Assembly (NCBI GenBank): GCA_018823105.1
Contig: JAHJJH010000282.1
Coordinates: forward strand, 1 to 50,258
Reading direction: 5' to 3'
Length of the DNA: 50,258 bases
Source: Verrucomicrobiota bacterium
GTDB lineage: Bacteria; Verrucomicrobiota; Kiritimatiellia; CAIQIC01; JAGNIJ01
Translations under genes and position numbers: made by a program
Shown: positions 17,064 to 26,169 of the stretch, piece after piece
Layout: every line of letters starts with the position of its first letter
How positions within the stretch are numbered: position 1 is the first letter of the stretch
Notes under the pieces: generated by a model
Told to the model about the DNA's origin: nothing
Databases searched by the model: none
What the model saw: only the letters and a program-made list of their open reading frames with translations

Positions 17064-17157
17064 CGGGCACCTCGCGGAATACGCGTGCAAATCGTACTTA
17101 CACCTTACACAAGCCGGCGTGAGATGACCAGCCTTTTTTCCCCGCTTCTTCTCATCC

Positions 17158-17391
17158 GGCGACGGCTATAAAGGTTGGCCGGAACACGCCCCCTTCGACG
17201 CCATCATTGTCACCTGCGCTCCCGAAGACGTTCCGCCCGCGCTGGTCGAGCAATTGACAGGCGGCGGACGCATGATCCTGCCGCTGGGAACCGGAGCTCA
17301 GCGGCTGGTTATCCTGAGGAAGAGAGCCGGACGCGTGGCGGCGGAAAATGATCTCCCGGTACGTTTCGTCCCGATGGTGCACGGCCGGTGA
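17158..17391 (+). pseudogene. pcm: 5'-truncated protein-L-isoaspartate O-methyltransferase (pcm) remnant
   Basis: The plus-strand frame reads GDGYKGWPEHAPFDAIIVTCAPEDVPPALVEQLTGGGRMILPLGTGAQRLVILRKRAGRVAAENDLPVRFVPMVHGR-stop. This closely resembles the C-terminal ~78 aa of Pcm. An in-frame TGA at 17125 lies upstream, and there is no start codon or SAM-binding N-terminal half. It is absent from the ORF track. Confidence 0.75.
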
Positions 17392-17413
17392 CCTGTTCCC
17401 CCGAAGCTCGGCG

Positions 17414-19291
17414 TCAGAAGTCCAGGCGATAGCTGTACACTTCGCCATGCAGTTCGGATTGCACCGCGCCGCCGCTCTTCTGCAGAACGCGCTGCATGCG
17501 CTTGTTCTCCCTCAGGACTTCCGCCGTGAACCCCGCGATGCCGTGCCGTTTGGCCACATGGATGAGATGCCGCATCATGAACCCGCCGATACCCCGGCCC
17601 TGCCACCGGTCATGGACGACGAAGGCTACTTCGGCCCGGTTCGTGCTCGTGTCCAGGTAGTAGCGGCCGATGCCCACGATCTCCTCGCCGTGGGCCTCCG
17701 GCACGGTTCCCACAATCGCGACGTCCGTGCGGTGGTCAATGTAAACGAAGTCCTGGACCTGCTTGCGAGGAATCCGCTTCATCTTCGACATGAAGCGGTA
17801 GTAGATCGTCTCGAAGGACAGCGCATAGAAGAGTTCCCTCACTCCCGGCTCGTCGGTGGGTTGAATGGAGCGGAAGTTGATCTGGGTGCCGTCATCCAGA
17901 ACCATGGTGGTCCTGATGTCGGGCGGGCCGACCATCAGATTGCCCTCCACGTCCTTCAACCCGGGTCGCAGATACTTCGCTTCGATCGCCTCGATCAAGA
18001 GCTGTTCCCGGAACTTCGGATGAGCAATGGAAATGAGCGACATGGCCCGCTCCTGCACGCTCTTCCCGTGCAGGTACGCCACGCCGTACTCGGTGGCCAC
18101 GTAGTGAACATCCCCGCGGGTCGTGACCACTCCGGCGCCCGGGCTCAGCCGCGTCACGATGCGCGAGATGGTGTCGTCCCTGGCCGTGGAGGGCAGCGCG
18201 ATGATGGCTTTCCCGCCTTGAGACCGCGCCGCTCCGCGATTGAAGTCCACCTGTCCGCCGATCCCGGAATAGAAGCGGGTGCCCAGGGAGTCGGCGCACA
18301 CCTGCCCCGTGAGATCCACCTCGAGAGCCACGTTGATGGCCGCCTGCCTGTACTGTTGCCCGATGACGAAGGGATCGTTCACGTACTCGGTGGGATGGAA
18401 CGAGAATACCGGGTTGTTATCAATGTAGTCGTAGAGACGCTGCGTGCCCATGCAGAAGCTGGCCACGATCTTCCCGTGGTCCAGCGTCTTCTTCCCGCCG
18501 GTGATCACCCCGCTTTCCACCATGTCGATGATCGCGTCCGTGAACATCTCCGTGTGAATGCCGAGATCCTTCTTGCCCTTGAGGAACTCCAGGACCGCCT
18601 GGGGAATCCGCCCGATGCCCATCTCCACCGTGGCCCCGTCTTCGACGAGAGCCGCGATGTTCTCCCCGAGCTTCCTGGTGACTTCGTCCGGTTCCGAAAC
18701 AGCCACCTCGAGGAGGGGCCGGTCAACCGGCACGAGGTAGTCCAGATCGAGAACGTGGATGAAGCTGTCTCCCAGGGTGCGCGGCATGCGCGGGTTCACC
18801 TCCGCCAGGACCAGGCGCGCATTTTCGGCGGCGCTCTTCACGACATCCACCGAAATCCCCAGGCTGCACATGCCGCGCTCGTCGGGAGGCGTGATCTGAA
18901 TCAGCGCCGCGTCCAGCGGCATCTGCCCCGAGGTGAACAGGCGGGGGATGTCGGAGAGGAAAATCGGCGTGTAGCCGCCCAGGCCTTCCTGAATGCGGCC
19001 TCTCACGTTCTTGGTGATGAAGAAACTGTTCACACGGAAGCATTCCGAAAGCTCCCGGGTGGCGTAGGGCGCCTCGCCCATCGCGAGGAAGAGCACCAGT
19101 TCCATGTCCGCCAGCTCCTGCGAGCGGGCCGTGAGGCAGCGAACCAGCTCCTGGGGCTGCGCGCAGCCGGTCCCGATGAAGACCCTCTGCCCGGGTCCGA
19201 GTTTGGCCACCGCCTCCTCGGCGGTAACGATCATGTTCGCGTACTTCTCGCGCCACGCCGGATCGTAGGAAATATCCTTCGTCGCGCTCAT
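17414..19291 (-). CDS. acetyl-CoA hydrolase/transferase family domain fused to a Pat-type GNAT acetyltransferase domain
   Basis: 625 aa from the ATG at 19291, in an ATGA overlap with the upstream stop. The N-terminal ~440 aa resemble 4-hydroxybutyrate/acetyl-CoA transferases (GTGCAQP, EMGIGRIPQAV, SGIGGQVDF). The C-terminal ~180 aa resemble the Pat GNAT domain (IQPTDEPGVRELFYALSFETIYYRF, HDRWQGRGIG). Confidence 0.85.
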   Translation of the reverse strand: MSATKDISYDPAWREKYANMIVTAEEAVAKLGPGQRVFIGTGCAQPQELVRCLTARSQELADMELVLFLAMGEAPYATRELSECFRVNSFFITKNVRGRIQEGLGGYTPIFLSDIPRLFTSGQMPLDAALIQITPPDERGMCSLGISVDVVKSAAENARLVLAEVNPRMPRTLGDSFIHVLDLDYLVPVDRPLLEVAVSEPDEVTRKLGENIAALVEDGATVEMGIGRIPQAVLEFLKGKKDLGIHTEMFTDAIIDMVESGVITGGKKTLDHGKIVASFCMGTQRLYDYIDNNPVFSFHPTEYVNDPFVIGQQYRQAAINVALEVDLTGQVCADSLGTRFYSGIGGQVDFNRGAARSQGGKAIIALPSTARDDTISRIVTRLSPGAGVVTTRGDVHYVATEYGVAYLHGKSVQERAMSLISIAHPKFREQLLIEAIEAKYLRPGLKDVEGNLMVGPPDIRTTMVLDDGTQINFRSIQPTDEPGVRELFYALSFETIYYRFMSKMKRIPRKQVQDFVYIDHRTDVAIVGTVPEAHGEEIVGIGRYYLDTSTNRAEVAFVVHDRWQGRGIGGFMMRHLIHVAKRHGIAGFTAEVLRENKRMQRVLQKSGGAVQSELHGEVYSYRLDF

Positions 19292-21393
19292 CGCGCTGCC
19301 TCCGGCTTCGACAACGTGATCCGCGCATCGGCCGCAACCGATTCGCCGCCCTCCCTGCCCACAATAAACGGGTTGATATCCATTTCCAGGATCTGTGGGA
19401 AGTCTGTCACCAGTTGACTGATGCGCTGCAGGCTCGTGGCGATGGCCGAGATGTCCACGCTGGCCTGGCCCCGGACGCCCTTGAGCAGCGCGAAGGATTT
19501 CGTGGTCTCCAACATTTGCATCGCCTCGCCTTCGGTGATCGGCGCGATGTTGAACGTCACGTCCTTCATGACTTCCACAAAAATCCCGCCCAGTCCGAAC
19601 ATGAGCATCGGGCCAAACTGGGGATCTCTCGTCATCCCCAGGATGACCTCCCGGCCCCGGGCGCACATTTTTTCGACGTAGACGCCTTCAAGCAGCGCCC
19701 CGGGCACCCGTTGCCGGATCCGGAGCATCATGAGGTCGAACGCATCCCTGACATCCTCGGGAGACGCCAGGTTCAGACGAACACCACCCAGATCGGACTT
19801 GTGGATGATATCCGGAGAAACGATCTTCATCGCGACGGGATAGCCGATTCTCTCAGCGGCTTCCACGGCGCCCTGCGCGTCGGCTTCGACCTGTCCCGAC
19901 GGGACATTGAATCCATAGGCCTGGAGAATCGCCTTGGCTTGCGGCTCCCCGAGCTGCACCTGTCCGGATCGAATACACCGGTGGATGATCCGCTCGCCCC
20001 GTCGCCGGTTCACAGGGAACCTGGCCACAATCCGCTGGGGTCTCGCCAGCCAAACGGCGTAGTTGTGCATGGCCCGCAATGCACCGACGGCCCTCTCGGG
20101 GGACGGGTAGTCGGGGAGACTCGCAGCCGTGAGCTCATCGCGGCCGGGCATGACGTCCTCGCCGCCCATGAAGCAGGCCAGAATCGGTTTGCGGCTTCGC
20201 ACGCATCCGGCGATCGCCCGCGCCGTCTCCGCCGGCTTGGTCATCGCCTGCGGCGTGAGAATCACGATGATCGCATCCACGTCGTCGTCGTCCTGCGCGG
20301 CGTTCACGGCCATCACATAGCGGTCCGGGTCCGCGTCCCCCAGCACATCAATGGGGTTGCCGACGCTCGCCGCCGACGGCAGCGTCTGCCGAAGGGCCGT
20401 GGCGGTGCCGTGCGCCAGCGTAGCCACCTGCATGCCCATCCCCTCCACCGCATCCGCCGCCATGATCCCGGGTCCCCCCGCGTTGGTAATGATGGCCACG
20501 CGGTCGCCCTTCGGGATGGGCTGCATGGCAAACGCGGTGGCATAGTCGAACAACTGATCGAAGGTATCCGCCCGGATCACGCCGGAGCGCCGGAAGGCGG
20601 CGCCGTACGCCATGTCCGCGCCCGCCAGGCTGCCCGTGTGGGAGGACGCCGCCTTCGCGCCCGCCGTGGTGGTCCCTGCCTTGAGGATCACCACCGGCTT
20701 CTCGGTCGCCGCGGCTTCGGCGGCCTTCACGAACTCCTTCCCGGAAACGATGCTCTCCAGGTAGGCTACGATCACCTTGGTTTCGTCGTCCGTTGCCAGA
20801 GCGGAGAGGAAGTCCGATTCGTTCAAGTCGGCCTTGTTGCCCATGCTGATGAGCTTCGCCAGGCCGAGCCGGCGACCCGACGCAAGATCCAGGATGGCCG
20901 TGCATAGCGCGCCGGACTGCGAGATCACGGAGATCACCCCCGCCTTGGGCATCTGCTTCGCGAAGGAGGCGTTCATCTTGTGGTGCGCGTTGATCAATCC
21001 CAGGCAGTTGGGCCCCAGCAGCCGCGCCCCCTTCTTCGCGCAGAGCTCCGCGATGGCCCGCTCCGCCGCCGCTCCCTCCGCGCCGACTTCCTTGAATCCG
21101 GCCGTAATCACGCAGATCGCCCTGGCGCCGGCATCCAGCGAGCCCTGAACGGCGGCGACGGTCAACCCGAAGGGGACGGCTATGATGCTCAGCTCAACCT
21201 CCCCGGGATAGGCCGTGAGGTCGCTGTAGGCTTTCAGCCCGAGGATCTCGTCCGCCGACGGATTGACCGGGACGATGTGGCCGGAGAACCCTCCCTGTAT
21301 CAGGTTGGACACGATTTCGTGTCCCACTTTCCCAGGCGTGCGGGAGGCCCCGATGATCGCTATGGCCCGCGGATTGAGTAACGCTTCCAGCAT
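19288..21393 (-). CDS. ADP-forming acetyl-CoA synthetase-like protein (fused alpha/beta, CoA-binding + ATP-grasp)
   Basis: 701 aa from the ATG at 21393, with GAGGAG upstream. It has a CoA-binding N-terminus (LLNPRAIAIIGASRTPGKVG), a candidate phospho-His loop (SSHTGSLAG), and a C-terminal ATP-grasp region (YPVAMKIVSPDIIHKSDLGGV). Confidence 0.85.
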   Translation of the reverse strand: MLEALLNPRAIAIIGASRTPGKVGHEIVSNLIQGGFSGHIVPVNPSADEILGLKAYSDLTAYPGEVELSIIAVPFGLTVAAVQGSLDAGARAICVITAGFKEVGAEGAAAERAIAELCAKKGARLLGPNCLGLINAHHKMNASFAKQMPKAGVISVISQSGALCTAILDLASGRRLGLAKLISMGNKADLNESDFLSALATDDETKVIVAYLESIVSGKEFVKAAEAAATEKPVVILKAGTTTAGAKAASSHTGSLAGADMAYGAAFRRSGVIRADTFDQLFDYATAFAMQPIPKGDRVAIITNAGGPGIMAADAVEGMGMQVATLAHGTATALRQTLPSAASVGNPIDVLGDADPDRYVMAVNAAQDDDDVDAIIVILTPQAMTKPAETARAIAGCVRSRKPILACFMGGEDVMPGRDELTAASLPDYPSPERAVGALRAMHNYAVWLARPQRIVARFPVNRRRGERIIHRCIRSGQVQLGEPQAKAILQAYGFNVPSGQVEADAQGAVEAAERIGYPVAMKIVSPDIIHKSDLGGVRLNLASPEDVRDAFDLMMLRIRQRVPGALLEGVYVEKMCARGREVILGMTRDPQFGPMLMFGLGGIFVEVMKDVTFNIAPITEGEAMQMLETTKSFALLKGVRGQASVDISAIATSLQRISQLVTDFPQILEMDINPFIVGREGGESVAADARITLSKPEAAR

Positions 21394-21469
21394 CGCTGAA
21401 TGTCTCCTCGAGAAAGAATTTCTACCACAACCGGACAAACGGGAACAGGGGAAACCGGCCACCCCTTCT

Positions 21470-22630
21470 CTACAACCCATGAATCGGAAATACGGTCCGC
21501 TTCAACGTCTCCACCGTTCGGGCCAGTTCGGAATCCACCGCTGCCCGTTCATCGGCGTGAATCACCAGCGCCCGGTCCCTCAGCCCCCCGAGCCATTCCG
21601 TGCTCTCCATCATCACCCCGCCAAGACCGAGCAGCGCATCGCTGTCCGTCCCCCTCCCGCATAGCACACTCCACACCAAAGCCCAGCCGCGCACTGTGTT
21701 CTCGACATGGTATCCCCCGCCCCCCGTCACCAGCAGCGGCCGGTCGAGCCCCAGAATCAGTTCCGCGACGTCCGCGTGCGCGTTGTTCGTCAAGCGCAGG
21801 TGCGCCAGGGGATCCCCCGCCAGACCGTCCATCCCCGCCTCCAGCACCACCACGTCCGGCTGGTAGGCGCGGGCCAAGGGGATCGCGACTTGCCGGAATG
21901 CGCGGACGTAGGCCTCGTCGTAGGTGCCGACAGGCAAGGGCACATTAACCGAATATCCCTTTCCATCGCCCTCCCCGATCTCGTGCTCGAAGCCGGTTCC
22001 CGGAAACAGGTGCTTCCCGCTTTCGTGCAACGAAATGGTCATCACGTCCCTGCGGTCGTAAAACGCCGCCTGAACGCCGTCCCCATGGTGAACGTCAATG
22101 TCGAGAAACAACACCCTCATTCCGGCGTCCACAAGACGCATGCAGCCCAGCACCACGTCGTTGATGTAGCAGAAGCCGGCGGCCGTTTCCGGACCCGCGT
22201 GATGGTATCCTCCGGAAGGGTTGAACGCGATTCGCGCCGCGCCGGTCGCCAGCAGCTCAGCGCCCGCCACGGTTCCACCCGCCGCGAGCGCCGGGTACCT
22301 GTACATGTCGGGAAAGACGGGGCAGTCGGGCGTGCCCAGCCCCATCTGGAAGCCCTCGGCATCCCGGCGGCCGCCCGCCGCCGCCTGAAGAGCATCGAGG
22401 TACCGGCGAGTGTGAAACCGCTCCAGGACGTTTCTTCCCGCGGGTTCAAATGCGAGTTCGGAAACATCCTGACCCGGGAGCAGCCCCAGGGAACGGACGA
22501 TCGCGCGGGTCTTCCCGGCCCGGCTGGTATTCAGAGGATTGCTCTCGGGATACCTGAACCGCTCCAGCTCGTCGGTGTAGAGAAAAATCGTTTGCGCGCG
22601 GGACATAATGGCCACATTCCGGAGGGGCAT
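21470..22630 (-). CDS. acuC: histone-deacetylase-family protein deacetylase (AcuC-like)
   Basis: 386 aa. Zn-deacetylase motifs are NPSGGYHHA, LDIDVHHGDGVQ and GGGGY. An alternative ATG at 22606 (MSRAQTIFLY) is equally plausible. Confidence 0.85.
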   Translation of the reverse strand: MPLRNVAIMSRAQTIFLYTDELERFRYPESNPLNTSRAGKTRAIVRSLGLLPGQDVSELAFEPAGRNVLERFHTRRYLDALQAAAGGRRDAEGFQMGLGTPDCPVFPDMYRYPALAAGGTVAGAELLATGAARIAFNPSGGYHHAGPETAAGFCYINDVVLGCMRLVDAGMRVLFLDIDVHHGDGVQAAFYDRRDVMTISLHESGKHLFPGTGFEHEIGEGDGKGYSVNVPLPVGTYDEAYVRAFRQVAIPLARAYQPDVVVLEAGMDGLAGDPLAHLRLTNNAHADVAELILGLDRPLLVTGGGGYHVENTVRGWALVWSVLCGRGTDSDALLGLGGVMMESTEWLGGLRDRALVIHADERAAVDSELARTVETLKRTVFPIHGL

Positions 22631-22679
22631 ATGTACACGATTCTGAAGCAGGTGCGCAACTTGATTCCAGCACGTGTGC

Positions 22680-22695
22680 TCCAGGAATTCCTGGA
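22680..22695. promoter_or_regulatory. perfect 16-bp palindrome in the divergent acuC/acs control region (candidate operator)
   Basis: tccaggaattcctgga is followed by an A-run. It lies in the 173-bp gap between divergent start codons at 22630 and 22804. Confidence 0.4.
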
Positions 22696-22803
22696 AAAAA
22701 CCAATATTTTACTCTTGCGGTTGCGCCGCGGTTGTCCTAGTAAAGGCAAATAACTCGACGGGTTGATTCCATAGACCGATTCAAGATCAGGGAGACAACG
22801 ACT

Positions 22804-24789
22804 ATGACGGAGCAGAAGAAGGCACCGATTTCAACGGACTCATTGATGGTGGAGAAGAGGACGTTCCCGCCGTCGAAAGAGGTCATTGCGCGGGCGTTGC
22901 TGAACGCCGAGCAGTACCAGAAGATGTATGACCAGTCGGTCAACGATTCCGACCGCTTCTGGCTGGAACAGGCCAAAACGCTGGACTGGATCAAGGCGCC
23001 GACCGTGGCCCGCAAGTACACGTGGAACACGCAGGGCCGGGTGATCCAGCACACCTGGTTCGAGGACGGTGAACTCAACGTCACCGCCAACTGCCTCGAC
23101 CGGCACCTGGGCACGGATCGCGAGAACAAGCGGGCGATCGTCTGGCAGGGCGACGAGATCGACGAGGACAAGTCGTTTACGTACAAGGAACTGCACGCGG
23201 AAGTCAGCAAGTTCGCCAATGTGTTGAAGAGCCTCGGTGTCAAGAAGGGCGACCGCGTCTGCATTTACCTCGGCATGGTCCCCGAACTGGCCGTCACCAT
23301 GCTGGGTTGTGCCCGCATCGGCGCGATCCACTCGATCGTATTCGGCGGTTTCAGCGCCGACTCCCTTCGCGACCGCATCAACGACTCCGACTGCAAGATC
23401 CTGATCACGTCCAACGTGTCGAAGCGTGCCGGCAAGGACGTGCCCCTGAAGAAGATCGCCGACGAGGCGCTTGCGGAAACACCCACCATCGAGAAATGCA
23501 TTGTCGTCAGCCGCAGCGATGCCGCCTGCGACATGAAAGCCGGTCGTGACTTGCCGTACAACGACCTGATGGCCAAGGCTTCGGCGGATTGCCCGCCCGA
23601 GGCGATAAAGGCCGACGACCCGCTGTTCATCCTCTACACCTCCGGTTCGACGGGGAAACCGAAGGGGGTGGTCCACACGACGGGCGGCTACCTCGTGTAC
23701 GTCGCGCTGACGCACAAGTACATCTTCGATCTGCACGAGGAGGACGTGTACTGCTGCGCCGCCGACATCGGCTGGGTGACGGGCCACAGCTACATCGTGT
23801 ACGGTCCGCTCGCCAACGGCGCGACCAGCGTGATGTTCGAAAGCACCCCGCTGTACCCGGACGCGGGCCGCTACTGGCAGATGATCGACAAGTTCAAGAT
23901 CACCCAGTTCTATACCGCGCCGACAGCCATCCGCGCGTTGATCCGCCAGGGCGACGAGTGGCCGGCGAAGTACAAGCTGGATTCACTCAAGATCCTTGGG
24001 ACGGTCGGCGAGCCGATCAATCCGGAAGCCTGGATGTGGTATTACACGAAGATCGGACACAACAAATGCCCGATCGTGGACACGTGGTGGCAGACCGAGA
24101 CCGGTGGCGTGTTGATCACGCCGCTCCCGGGCGCCCACACGCTCAAGCCGGGCAGCGCAAACCGTCCGTTCTTCGGCGTCGAGCCCGTCGTTCTCCGCGA
24201 CGACGGGTCCGAGTGCAACCGCAACGAGGGCGGCAAGCTCTGTATCAAGAAGCCCTGGCCGGGCATGATGCGCACGATGTGGGGAGACCACGACCGCTTC
24301 ATCGATGTCTACTTCACGCTGTACAACGACCTGTACTTCACGGGTGATGGATGCCGCCTCGACGAGGACGGTGATTACTGGCTGATGGGTCGTGTCGACG
24401 ACGTCGTGAACGTGTCCGGTCATCGTATCGGTACCGCGGAGGTCGAGAGCGCGCTGGTCAGTCATGCGAGCGTGGCCGAGGCCGCCGTCGCGCCCATGCC
24501 ACACGACATCAAGGGGCAGGGGTTGTACGCTTTCGTGACTCTGGTGAGCGGCGTGGAGCCAAGCGACAAGCTCAAGAAGGAATTGGCGCTCCACGTCCGC
24601 CAGCAGATCGGGCCTATCGCGGTGCCGGACAAGATCCAGTTCGCTTCGGCACTGCCGAAGACGCGGTCCGGCAAGATCATGCGTCGTATCCTTCGCAAGA
24701 TCGCTGAAGACGCGACGGATCAAATCGGCGATGTGACGACGCTGGCCGATCCCCACGTGGTCGAGGAACTGGTCAAAGGTAAGCAATAA
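22804..24789 (+). CDS. acs: AMP-forming acetyl-CoA synthetase
   Basis: 661 aa. Canonical Acs motifs are YTSGSTGKPKGV, WWQTETGG and the C-terminal SGKIMRR, which contains the acetylatable Lys. GGGAGA RBS upstream. Confidence 0.95.
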   Translation: MTEQKKAPISTDSLMVEKRTFPPSKEVIARALLNAEQYQKMYDQSVNDSDRFWLEQAKTLDWIKAPTVARKYTWNTQGRVIQHTWFEDGELNVTANCLDRHLGTDRENKRAIVWQGDEIDEDKSFTYKELHAEVSKFANVLKSLGVKKGDRVCIYLGMVPELAVTMLGCARIGAIHSIVFGGFSADSLRDRINDSDCKILITSNVSKRAGKDVPLKKIADEALAETPTIEKCIVVSRSDAACDMKAGRDLPYNDLMAKASADCPPEAIKADDPLFILYTSGSTGKPKGVVHTTGGYLVYVALTHKYIFDLHEEDVYCCAADIGWVTGHSYIVYGPLANGATSVMFESTPLYPDAGRYWQMIDKFKITQFYTAPTAIRALIRQGDEWPAKYKLDSLKILGTVGEPINPEAWMWYYTKIGHNKCPIVDTWWQTETGGVLITPLPGAHTLKPGSANRPFFGVEPVVLRDDGSECNRNEGGKLCIKKPWPGMMRTMWGDHDRFIDVYFTLYNDLYFTGDGCRLDEDGDYWLMGRVDDVVNVSGHRIGTAEVESALVSHASVAEAAVAPMPHDIKGQGLYAFVTLVSGVEPSDKLKKELALHVRQQIGPIAVPDKIQFASALPKTRSGKIMRRILRKIAEDATDQIGDVTTLADPHVVEELVKGKQ

Positions 24790-24812
24790 TCAAAACGGGC
24801 GACTAGAGTGTT

Positions 24813-24846
24813 CTGCCCGGCACGGGCGATGACCCGTGCCGGGCAG
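24813..24846 (+). terminator. GC-rich hairpin downstream of acs (possible intrinsic terminator or attenuator)
   Basis: ctgcccggcacggg-cgatga-cccgtgccgggcag forms a perfect 14-bp stem, 24 nt after the acs stop. It is followed by gcttgctt, which is only a weak U-tract. Confidence 0.5.
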
Positions 24847-24870
24847 GCTTGCTTAGCGGAGGGGGTAGGT

Positions 24871-26169
24871 ATGTCGGAACAAAAAGTCATGAATCGCTGG
24901 CTCGTGGTTGTCGGCGGGATCCTGATCCAGCTCTGCCTCGGAGCGATCTACGCCTGGTCGGCGTTCACCAAGAAACTGACCGTGGCTCCGTTCGAACTCA
25001 CGCGCACGCAGACCCAGGTCATCTTCTCGGTCGGCCTGCTCACCTTCGCGGTGGTCATGGCGCTGATCGCGGGGAAGTGGCAGAAGAAGGTCGGCCCGAA
25101 GATCGTGGCGCTGACGGGCGGTCTCGTGCTGGGTCTGGGCTACGTGCTGGCGGGCTTGGCGGGCACGAGTTACCTGGGCATTCTCGTGGGCGTGGGCATT
25201 CTCGGCGGCGCGGGCATCGGCCTGGCCTACGTGTGCCCGATCGCGGCGCTCGTGAAGTGGTTCCCGGACAAGAAGGGCCTGATTACGGGGCTTGCCGTGG
25301 CGGGATTCGGATTCGGCGCCCTGATATGGGTCAAGCTCACGGCCGGGTTCAAGTTCGGACCGGTCGATCTCACTCCCGGCTGGAACGGCCTGTTCGGCAT
25401 GGGATGGACCGTGAGCAAGGTCTTCATCCTTTATGGCATCCTGTTTGCAGTGCTTGTGGCGCTGGGGGCCATGGTGATGGTCAATCCGCCCGACGGGTGG
25501 AAACCGGCCGGCTGGGAGCCGCCGGCCGCCGCCAAGGCTGCCAGTACCGGCGGCGTCGATTTCAGCACCATGGAGATGGTCAGAACGTCGCAGTACTGGG
25601 TGCTGTTCTGCACCTTCCTGGTCGGCGCGACCGCCGGCCTTATGGTAATCGGCGTGATCAAGCTGTTCGGGATCGACGCGCTGACGGCGAACGGGATTGA
25701 GACCGCGAAGGCCGATGTCATGACCGGTACGGCCATGGGTCTGTTCTACGCCCTGCTGAACGGTTTCGGCCGGATCGTCTGGGGCTCCATCTCCGACAAG
25801 ACCGGCCGCAAGAATGCCATCGTGCTCATGAGCCTCATCCAGGGCGCCATGATGATCGCGTTCTACTTCATCGGCGGCCGCGAGATCGGCCTCTACCTGG
25901 GCGCGGCGATCATCGGGTTCAACTTCGGCGGGAACTTCGCGCTGTTCCCGGCGGCGACGGCCGACTACTTCGGCAACAAGAACGTCGGCACCAACTACCC
26001 GTGGGTGTTCATGTCCTACGGGGTGGGCGGCCTGATCGGGCCCATCCTCGGCGGCGCCATGGGCGATGCGAAGGCCTGGATCTGGGCGTTCATTCCGGCC
26101 GGCATCGCCTGCATCGTCATGGGCGTGGTCGCCATGACCCTCAAGCCTCCGGAACACAAGGCGGCCTGA
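24871..26169 (+). CDS. MFS transporter, oxalate/formate antiporter (OFA)-like family
   Basis: 432 aa from the ATG at 24871, with GGAGGGGG upstream. 12 TM helices. The N-terminus RWLVVVGGILIQLCLGAIYAWSAF is typical of OFA / L-lactate-type MFS proteins. The track start at 24808 is a GTG inside the acs terminator. Confidence 0.85.
   Translation: MSEQKVMNRWLVVVGGILIQLCLGAIYAWSAFTKKLTVAPFELTRTQTQVIFSVGLLTFAVVMALIAGKWQKKVGPKIVALTGGLVLGLGYVLAGLAGTSYLGILVGVGILGGAGIGLAYVCPIAALVKWFPDKKGLITGLAVAGFGFGALIWVKLTAGFKFGPVDLTPGWNGLFGMGWTVSKVFILYGILFAVLVALGAMVMVNPPDGWKPAGWEPPAAAKAASTGGVDFSTMEMVRTSQYWVLFCTFLVGATAGLMVIGVIKLFGIDALTANGIETAKADVMTGTAMGLFYALLNGFGRIVWGSISDKTGRKNAIVLMSLIQGAMMIAFYFIGGREIGLYLGAAIIGFNFGGNFALFPAATADYFGNKNVGTNYPWVFMSYGVGGLIGPILGGAMGDAKAWIWAFIPAGIACIVMGVVAMTLKPPEHKAA

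Noticed and set aside
17152-17448. 98-aa minus-strand ORF.
   Set aside because: It is antisense to the much more convincing pcm C-terminal remnant on the plus strand, and it has no recognisable features.
17348-21480. 689-aa (+) and 497-aa (+) ORFs antisense to the CoA-transferase::GNAT and ACD-like genes.
   Set aside because: They are His/Arg/Asp/Gly-rich shadow frames. The minus-strand frames carry clear catalytic motifs.
22737-24786. Minus-strand ORFs inside acs (22737-23264, 22840-23787 and 23983-24786).
   Set aside because: acs on the plus strand is unambiguous, and these ORFs are antisense artefacts.
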